Below are positions 1 to 5,955 of a stretch of DNA of 16,795 nt, in pieces. Origin of the DNA: an uncultured Deferribacteres bacterium (GTDB taxonomy: Bacteria; Zhuqueibacterota; Zhuqueibacteria; Zhuqueibacterales; Geothermadaptataceae). Numbering within the stretch: position 1 is the first letter of the stretch; the number at the start of each line of letters is the position of its first letter. Where the stretch lies: contig CAXHAT010000172.1 of NCBI GenBank assembly GCA_964014485.1, positions 1-16,795 of the forward strand. The letters are read 5' to 3'. The notes beneath the pieces are model-generated. The model did no database searches. It saw only the letters and a program-made list of their open reading frames with translations, and was not told the DNA's origin. The position numbers and the translations under genes are program-made.

Positions 1-323
1 GGAAACGAAACGTAGCCTCCCTTGGAAAAAGTGAGCGTCGGCTTGAGCTTAAAGATCAGCCAGATCGCTTGCAAAATCCCGATTTTTACGCGAGCGACGT
101 CCAGCAGATTTTGCCAACTGAAGTAGCGCCGCAGTTTTCCAGCGGAAATGGAGTAGAAAGGAATGCCCGTTTTACCGATGGTCGCTTCTTCGATGCTGTT
201 GGCCGAGCCGATGTAGTGAGCGGTCCAGCCGTTTTCTTGCAGTTTTTCCAACAGCGCAATATTAGGCCCGACGTGCCCGAAGGTGCCGCCGCCGGTCAGA
301 ATGATTTTTTTTTGATGGTTCAT
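1..323 (-). CDS. murG: MurG glycosyltransferase (lipid II GlcNAc transferase, GT28), N-terminal part; runs off the left edge
   Basis: Not in the ORF track. Manual translation from the ATG at 323 gives MNHQKKIILTGGGTFGHVGPNIALLEKLQENGWTAHYIGSANSIEEATIGKTGIPFYSISAGKLRRYFSWQNLLDVARVKIGILQAIWLIFKLKPTLTFSKGGYVSF. It contains the MurG motifs GGGTxGH, GKLRRY and SKGGYVS, with no stop before the window edge. Confidence 0.93.
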   Translation of the reverse strand, partial: MNHQKKIILTGGGTFGHVGPNIALLEKLQENGWTAHYIGSANSIEEATIGKTGIPFYSISAGKLRRYFSWQNLLDVARVKIGILQAIWLIFKLKPTLTFSKGGYVSF

Positions 324-324
324 T

Positions 325-1110
325 TTATTCTGTCTTTAAAGCGCGATCCAGATGAGTGTACCCGCCGTCGACATAAATGCGTTGTCCGGTAATATGCGAC
401 GCTCGATCCGAGGCGAGAAAAGCGACCGTGTCGGCGATTTCCTGCGGCGTGGTCATCCGTGCTCCCAATGGAATTCTTTTTTCAATGTGTCGCAGAGCTT
501 CCTCCGGGTTGGGCTGTGTCGCAATCCACTTCTCATAAAGCGGCGTCCAGACTTCCGCCGGAACGACTTCGTTGACGCGTACGCCGTGCGGCAAAAAATC
601 CACCGCCCATTCACGCGTGAGAGCGGCAATCGCGCCTTTTGCCGCAGCATATCCGGAAGTTCCGCCCTGCCCGGTTGTTGCCACTTTCGATCCGATGTTG
701 ACGACGACGCCTCGCGAGGCGACGAGCGCATCTTTGGCGAAATGCAGCATCGCAAAATAATGCATCAGATTTCGATTCAATGACTGTTGAAAATCTTCAA
801 TCGAAGCGCTCAGCCCTGCGCCGTCATTGATCCCGGCGTTGTTGATCAGGCCATCGATCCGTCCCTGAGTTGTCAGCGTTTTTTCAACGGCGTTTTTGCA
901 ATCGCTTTCCTGGCAAAGATCGGTTTGAATAAATTGTGCGCGTTTCTCTGCGCTTTTTAGTCGCGCAACCAGAGCTTCGCCCCGCTCCCGGTCACGATCC
1001 AGGATGACGGGAACCCCGTCTTCCGCTGCGAAGGTTCGCACAATCGCCTCACCAATCCCGCTCGCCCCGCCAGTGACGATGAAAATTTTATCTTTAAGGT
1101 TTAAGTTCAA
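325..1110 (-). CDS. Classical SDR oxidoreductase, L-fucose dehydrogenase-like
   Basis: TGGASGIG NAD-binding motif, NNAG, catalytic YAAAK. The segments NNAGINDG, TGQGGTSGY, LTREWA, PAEVWTPLY and VDGGYTHLDRAL match my recollection of bacterial L-fucose dehydrogenases. TTG start. SDR call is firm; substrate is inferred. Confidence 0.85.
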   Translation of the reverse strand: MNLNLKDKIFIVTGGASGIGEAIVRTFAAEDGVPVILDRDRERGEALVARLKSAEKRAQFIQTDLCQESDCKNAVEKTLTTQGRIDGLINNAGINDGAGLSASIEDFQQSLNRNLMHYFAMLHFAKDALVASRGVVVNIGSKVATTGQGGTSGYAAAKGAIAALTREWAVDFLPHGVRVNEVVPAEVWTPLYEKWIATQPNPEEALRHIEKRIPLGARMTTPQEIADTVAFLASDRASHITGQRIYVDGGYTHLDRALKTE

Positions 1111-1194
1111 ATTCTTCGATTCTCGTAATTATCGAACTCTCGGATTCGAAGCAGGACTGTTTCAAACTTTTTGTAAAGCATCACATAAAATGTA

Positions 1195-1222
1195 GTAGGG
1201 GTTCAAAATTTTGAACCCCTAC
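1195..1222. repeat. GTAG-type REP-like perfect palindrome, copy 1
   Basis: GTAGGGGTTCAAAATTTTGAACCCCTAC is a perfect 28-bp palindrome. A second copy lies at 11920-11947. Confidence 0.85.
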
Positions 1223-1289
1223 ATACTGTATGTTTACGATCCAGCCGCTGTAATTTTCTTGTGAATTGGAAAGGTGTTATTCAAACGCT

Positions 1290-1350
1290 CACTACCTGAC
1301 ACTTTTTACAAATTGCCGTTCAAAGTTGGCGAGAAGGCCGCGGTTGCCAT
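1290..1350. repeat. Truncated, diverged left-half copy of the MITE-like element at 12441-12640
   Basis: CACTACCTGACACTTTTT is identical to 12441-12458. Similarity continues about 40 bp further (TGGCGAGAAGGCCGCGGTTGCCAT vs TGGCAAAAAGGTCGGAATTGTCAT). Confidence 0.75.
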
Positions 1351-1366
1351 TTAATTGAATTGTTTC

Positions 1367-2329
1367 TTAAACGCTCTTGCTGTGTCGCAGCCGATCAATC
1401 GCCACGGCCATCACAATCACCGTCCCGGTCACAATCTGCGTGACCCAGGGCGGCCAGCCGTTGAGCTGACATCCTGTTCGAATCACAGTCATGATCATGG
1501 CGCCGACCATCGTGCCCAAAATTGAGCCTTCTCCGCCGGAAAGACTGCCGCCGCCGATCACAACCGCAGCGATGACTTCCAGTTCCAAACCAACGGCGCC
1601 GATGGGATCGCCTTGCTCCTGGTACGACATGAGCATGAGTCCAGCCAATCCCGCAAAAGCCCCGGCGGCTGCATAAACAAAAAGCTTGATGCGTTCAACC
1701 GCAATGCCGCAAAGAATAGCCGTTTTTTCGTTTGAACCGACCGCGAAAATATGTCTGCCTAATCTCGTGTAGCGTAACATTCCGGCTGCCAGCGCCGCCA
1801 GCAAGAGCATGAGCCAGGCGCCGGGCGGGATGAGCTGCCACTTCTGTCCCGGCGGCAAAGTTGCGAGCAAATCGCTGAGCCAGGTTTGAGAAACGTTAAT
1901 CGGAATGCTGTTGGAAAGCCCTTTGGCGAACCCGCGAATGACGAGCAGCGTGCCTAGGGTCACGATAAAAGGCACGAGCCGGAATCGCGTGATGAGAAAG
2001 CCGTTCAAAAGACCGCTGATCATGCCCGCCAGAATGCAGCCGACGGCAACAAAAACTGGCGAAAGCCCGGCGTCTTCCAAAATGAGCGCCGCGACCACGG
2101 AGCAGAATGCAATCATTGAACCGGCGGAAAGATCGATGCCGCCGGAAATAATGACCAGCGTCATGCCGATTGCCGCCACGCCGACGATGACGGTTTGCTG
2201 CACCATGGTTTCAACCGCTGTGAGCGAAGTGATTTTTGCATTGAGGACGGCAAAAAAAGTGTAGACCAATACGAGCGCGAACAGCGGCCCGAATGCGCGC
2301 AACAGGTTCAAAATGCGTGTTCTGTTCAT
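1367..2329 (-). CDS. Monosaccharide ABC transporter permease (RbsC/BPD_transp_2 family)
   Basis: Highly hydrophobic, with motifs GMTLVIISGGIDLSAGS, PFIVTLGT, TRLGRHIFAVGSNE and ELEVIAAVVIGGGSLSGGEG. I prefer the start at ATG 2329 (MNRTRIL) because the ORF-track start at 2374 lies in the putative promoter. Confidence 0.92.
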   Translation of the reverse strand: MNRTRILNLLRAFGPLFALVLVYTFFAVLNAKITSLTAVETMVQQTVIVGVAAIGMTLVIISGGIDLSAGSMIAFCSVVAALILEDAGLSPVFVAVGCILAGMISGLLNGFLITRFRLVPFIVTLGTLLVIRGFAKGLSNSIPINVSQTWLSDLLATLPPGQKWQLIPPGAWLMLLLAALAAGMLRYTRLGRHIFAVGSNEKTAILCGIAVERIKLFVYAAAGAFAGLAGLMLMSYQEQGDPIGAVGLELEVIAAVVIGGGSLSGGEGSILGTMVGAMIMTVIRTGCQLNGWPPWVTQIVTGTVIVMAVAIDRLRHSKSV

Positions 2330-2362
2330 CTTTTCATTCTTCGATCGTCGGGTGTTTGGTTG

Positions 2363-2390
2363 AAAATAGTACATTGACGGCGCATGTCAA
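2363..2390 (-). promoter_or_regulatory. Putative sigma70 promoter for the permease, overlapped by a TTGAC-N7-GTCAA inverted repeat
   Basis: Minus strand reads TTGACA-N16-TATTTT. The inverted repeat spans 2374-2390. Confidence 0.45.
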
Positions 2391-2465
2391 CCAATACGGT
2401 CTCGCGTGATCGGCGTCGTTTTCTTGTTCCATGCGCCGAAGCCCAAATTCTCACGGTCTCAAAGC

Positions 2466-2494
2466 TTGACAGTCCGATTCGTAAGCCTTATCTT
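2466..2494 (+). promoter_or_regulatory. Putative sigma70 promoter for the DUF6206-SRPBCC-SCP2/R2lox operon
   Basis: TTGACA (2466-2471), 17-nt spacer, TATCTT (2489-2494), 35 nt before the GTG start. Confidence 0.7.
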
Positions 2495-2529
2495 TGTAAA
2501 AATTCAAGTGTCATCACCGCACTGCTGTT

Positions 2530-3453
2530 GTGAGCTCCTACGAAAAGCTACTCCGCAATTTCGAGAATCAGCTCGACCCCGCCCGCCCGGACAAGGGCCG
2601 TTTTCCTGCAAAAATCGTCGGTTACGGCGAAATTTCTTCAGTGCTTCAAATTCCCGGCGCGGAAGAAATCGTTTTCAAGCGCATGCCGCCCTTTGCGTCT
2701 CAAAACGCGATTGAGAATCATGCCCGTCTGATCGAAAAATACTGCGAAAAATTGTTTGAGGCGGTTGGGGTGCAATGTCTCCCGTTTCAGTTTTATCCCA
2801 TAAAAAACGGCGAAGCTGAAAACATCGCGTACATTTCTCAGCCCTACATTGATCCTGCGTTTGTTGGCAACAAATACTTGCGAAATTGCTCGTCGGACGA
2901 ACATCGGGCGATTGCGGACGCACTGGCGGAACTTCTTTTGAAATTGCATCGCTGGAACAAGCGGCGGAACACGGAAACGGCCATAGGGCTTGACGCCCAG
3001 ATTTCCAATTGGGTCTTTCGCAACGGCCCGGAAAAGCCGGAATATCTCGATTATTCAACGCCGTTTCTACGCTTGAAGGGACAAGATCAGCTCGACTCGG
3101 AAATTTTTCTCCGGAGCATGCCGTTTTTTCTGCTTCCGCTCGTGCGTTCTTTCTTCCTGCAAGAAATTTTGGATCGTTATTTTAACATGCGCGCCGTTGC
3201 GGTCGATCTCATCGCTAATCTTTACAAGGAGAAGCTGTCGGCGCTGATTCCGCTGTTCGTCGAGCGTTTTAACGCGCATTTCAGCACGGGCGGCATTGAA
3301 CCAATAACTAAAAATGAGGTAAAGGCTTACTATCGTCAAGATGCGAAAATGTGGGCTTTGTTACTCAATTTCCGGCGCTTCGACCGATTTCTCCATCGGA
3401 ACGTTCTGCGCAAGAAATACAATTTTATTTTGCCTGGAAAAGTTGAGCGTTAA
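2530..3453 (+). CDS. DUF6206-like protein with protein-kinase-like motifs
   Basis: 307-aa ORF. Motifs GYGEISSV, FKRMP, GLDAQISNW, YLDYSTP and terminal FILPGKVER match my recollection of DUF6206. GTG start is uncertain. Confidence 0.7.
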   Translation: MSSYEKLLRNFENQLDPARPDKGRFPAKIVGYGEISSVLQIPGAEEIVFKRMPPFASQNAIENHARLIEKYCEKLFEAVGVQCLPFQFYPIKNGEAENIAYISQPYIDPAFVGNKYLRNCSSDEHRAIADALAELLLKLHRWNKRRNTETAIGLDAQISNWVFRNGPEKPEYLDYSTPFLRLKGQDQLDSEIFLRSMPFFLLPLVRSFFLQEILDRYFNMRAVAVDLIANLYKEKLSALIPLFVERFNAHFSTGGIEPITKNEVKAYYRQDAKMWALLLNFRRFDRFLHRNVLRKKYNFILPGKVER

Positions 3454-3496
3454 AACTTCGATCAAGCAGCATTAACAACAAATATGGAGAATTAAA

Positions 3497-3928
3497 ATGC
3501 CGGACATCGTTCATCAATTCCCAATCAAGGCTCCGCTGGAAGAGGTTTTTAAAGCCGTTTCCACGCCCGCGGGGTTGGACGCATGGTGGACCTTGACATC
3601 GTTGGGAAAAGCGGCGCGCGGGGAAGTTTATGAATTGGGGTTCGGCCCGGAATATGATTGGCGAGCAAGCGTTTCTAAATGCACGCCGTACTCTGAATTC
3701 GAACTCAAAATAACGCATGCCCAGGATGATTGGTTAAATACGGTGATTGGATTTCAACTAAAAGAAAAAAACGGCGCCGCCGAGGTGCTGTTCTATCACA
3801 AAGGCTGGCCGGAAAATAACGATCATTACCGCATCTCATCTTATTGCTGGGCGATGTATTTGCGGCTGATGAAACGTTATGTCGAAAACGGCGAAGTGGT
3901 GGAATACAGTAATCGATTGGATGCGTGA
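3497..3928 (+). CDS. SRPBCC/START-like (AHSA1-type) domain protein
   Basis: IKAPLEEVFKAVSTPAGLDAWW ... FYHKGW ... CWAMYLRLMKRYVENG. RBS GGAGA upstream. Confidence 0.88.
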   Translation: MPDIVHQFPIKAPLEEVFKAVSTPAGLDAWWTLTSLGKAARGEVYELGFGPEYDWRASVSKCTPYSEFELKITHAQDDWLNTVIGFQLKEKNGAAEVLFYHKGWPENNDHYRISSYCWAMYLRLMKRYVENGEVVEYSNRLDA

Positions 3929-3934
3929 GGCGAA

Positions 3935-5293
3935 ATGACCTACGAAGCTTTTACAGACGCCTGGGCAAAATCCTGGGCGCGAAAACTCAATCAAAACGAG
4001 GCTTACAAACAGGCCGCGAGAAATTGGGAATGGCCCGTCGGGATGGTTTTGGAAAAGGACGAGCGGCAGGGTGTATTCGAGGATCGCCGGTTGCTTGTCG
4101 ATCTTTGGCGGGGCGAGTGTCGTGAGGCTCGCACTTGTACGCAGGAAGAGCTTGAAAATGCGGATTATATCATCGGCGGTTCGTTGGAAAATTGGAAAAA
4201 TATCTTTCACGGCGAACTTGATCCGATGCTGGCGCTCATGCGCTGAAAGCTCAAATTGCAAAAAGGCGGCATGTTCGTTTTAGCACGCTACGGAGCCGCT
4301 GCGAAGCAACTTGTGCTCTCAGCAACGCAAACGCCGACGCATTTTCCCGGCGGAAACGGTGCAACTGTAAAGAACGATTTGCAAAACGGACACGCCCAAA
4401 ACGCGTCTGTTAGAACAGGATTTCAAACAACATCGCGCGGCCTGCGGCGCGACAGTTTTCCGATGCGGCTTTTTCAAAAGGCCAAAAAGCACGGCGTTTG
4501 GAACCCGCAAAATATTGATTTCAGCAAAGACGTTGAAGACTGGAAGGGCCTGGACGATCTGGAGCGCGAAGTGATCTTGCATCTCACCTCGCTGTTTCAG
4601 GCCGGTGAAGAATCCGTCACCGAAGATATTCTACCGCTCATCATGACCGTCGCGCGCGAAGGACGGATTGAAGAAGAAATTTACCTGACGTCATTTCTTT
4701 GGGAAGAAGCCAAGCACGTTGAATTCTTCGATCGTTTTTTGCGAGAAGTGGCGCAAGAAAACAGTGACTTGTCCCGCTTTCACGTGCCGAGTTACGGGAC
4801 AATATTTTATGACCGTCTGCCAAACGCCATGAACGCATTATTGACCGATCCTTCCCCGGCCGCACAAGTACGCGCCTCGGTCATTTACAATATGATCGCG
4901 GAAGGAACGCTTGCGGAGACGGGTTACTACAGCTATTTCAAAACGCTCGAAGAGTATGACTTGCTGCCCGGCATTCGCGAAGGCGTCGGTCTCTTGAAAC
5001 GCGATGAATCGCGGCATATTGCGTACGGCATTTACCTGCTCTCCCGCCTTGTTTCCGCCGATCCGTCATTGTGGAAAGTTCTCGAGCAAACGATGGCAGA
5101 GATGCTCGAACCGGCTCTGGAAATTATCAACGAGACATTTGGCAGCTACGAAGTTTTGCCGTTCAACATGCGCCAGGAAGACTATCTTGAGTACGCGATG
5201 AATCAATTTAACAAGCGTATGAACCGACTTGAACGCGCCCGCGACCAGAGTTTGGAAGAAATTGAAAAAGAAGCTGAGCGCGAGTTGGTTTAG
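3935..5293 (+). pseudogene. SCP2 sterol/lipid-binding domain fused in frame to R2lox, interrupted by one in-frame TGA at 4244-4246 (nonsense mutation, sequencing error or readthrough)
   Basis: ORFs 3935-4246 and 4256-5293 share one frame. The junction reads ELDPMLALMR*KLKLQKGGMFVLARYGAAAKQLV, which is the SCP2 motif DPxxAxMxGKLKL with Gly replaced by TGA. No other stop occurs in 453 codons. RBS GAGG precedes ATG 3935. Confidence 0.7.
4271..5293 (+). CDS. R2-like ligand-binding oxidase (R2lox, Mn/Fe ferritin-like) domain; intact portion downstream of the TGA
   Basis: WNPQNIDFSKD, AGEESV, EEAKH, YNMIAEGTLAETGY and DESRH contain all six metal ligands, plus the Val (EESV) and Tyr (IYNM) that form the ether cross-link in the Mycobacterium and Geobacillus R2lox proteins. 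The first in-frame ATG after the stop is at 4271 and has no well-spaced RBS. Confidence 0.9.
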   Translation: MFVLARYGAAAKQLVLSATQTPTHFPGGNGATVKNDLQNGHAQNASVRTGFQTTSRGLRRDSFPMRLFQKAKKHGVWNPQNIDFSKDVEDWKGLDDLEREVILHLTSLFQAGEESVTEDILPLIMTVAREGRIEEEIYLTSFLWEEAKHVEFFDRFLREVAQENSDLSRFHVPSYGTIFYDRLPNAMNALLTDPSPAAQVRASVIYNMIAEGTLAETGYYSYFKTLEEYDLLPGIREGVGLLKRDESRHIAYGIYLLSRLVSADPSLWKVLEQTMAEMLEPALEIINETFGSYEVLPFNMRQEDYLEYAMNQFNKRMNRLERARDQSLEEIEKEAERELV

Positions 5294-5382
5294 CGCCAAA
5301 ATATCCGGGGTGAATCGACCAACCAGACAGTAGCGCAAAGACGATCAAATCCAATAGCATTTAAGCAAATATTTTCTTATAA

Positions 5383-5421
5383 CATGCTTCGTCCTGGAGG
5401 TCTGAAATACGACGAAGCGTG
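5383..5421 (+). other. Intergenic stem-loop upstream of ribH
   Basis: CATGCTTCGTC pairs with GACGAAGCGTG (11 bp, one G-U) around a 17-nt loop. No U-tract follows. Confidence 0.5.
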
Positions 5422-5477
5422 ACACGTCTCCGCAGGCGATAATTTTGAAATCAATACTCTGAAATAAAGAAAGCAGA

Positions 5478-5951
5478 ATGGCAAAAGTAATTGAAGGTCA
5501 ACTCTCAGCGGTGGGAAAACGGTTCGCTCTCATCGTCGGGCGGTTTAATAGTTTTTTATCTCAGCAAATTGAACAAGGCGCGGTGGATTGCTTGGTGCGT
5601 CACGGCGCAAACTCCGACGATATTCAAATTATTCGCGTGCCCGGCTCCTTTGAAATTCCGATGGCGGCGGCAAAAGTCTTGAAAGAAAAAGACGTCGACG
5701 CGGTCATCGGGCTCGGCGTGCTTGTGCGCGGCGCCACCCCGCATTTTGATTACATCGCCGGGGAGGTGACGAAAGGGCTTGGACAACTGGCGCTGCAACA
5801 TGAAAAACCCGTGACTTACGGCGTCATCACCGCCGACACTTTGGAGCAAGCCGTTGAACGCGCCGGAACAAAAGCCGGGAACAAAGGCTGGGACGCCGCA
5901 TTAGCCGCATTGGAAATGGTGAGTTTGTTCGAAAATCTCGAGGAGAAATAA
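5478..5951 (+). CDS. ribH: 6,7-dimethyl-8-ribityllumazine synthase
   Basis: GRFNSF, VPGSFEIP, RGATPHFDYIA, EQAVERAGTKAGNKGWDAA. Confidence 0.98.
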   Translation: MAKVIEGQLSAVGKRFALIVGRFNSFLSQQIEQGAVDCLVRHGANSDDIQIIRVPGSFEIPMAAAKVLKEKDVDAVIGLGVLVRGATPHFDYIAGEVTKGLGQLALQHEKPVTYGVITADTLEQAVERAGTKAGNKGWDAALAALEMVSLFENLEEK

Positions 5952-5955
5952 CGGC

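Noticed and set aside
4244..4290. Selenocysteine insertion at the TGA; a weak stem (AAGGCG/CGTTTT) lies shortly downstream
   Set aside because: The position corresponds to a structural Gly rather than a Cys, and the stem is weak, with two G-U pairs.
4256..5293. Class I ribonucleotide reductase beta subunit (nrdB/nrdF)
   Set aside because: The motifs match R2lox (AGEESV, YNMIAEGTLAETGY) and there is no adjacent alpha subunit.
5296..5340. FMN riboswitch upstream of ribH (CCGGGGTGAA resembles part of it)
   Set aside because: The other conserved RFN segments (ACCGGCGGT, AGCCCGCGA, CCGACGGT, AGTCCGGATG) are absent.
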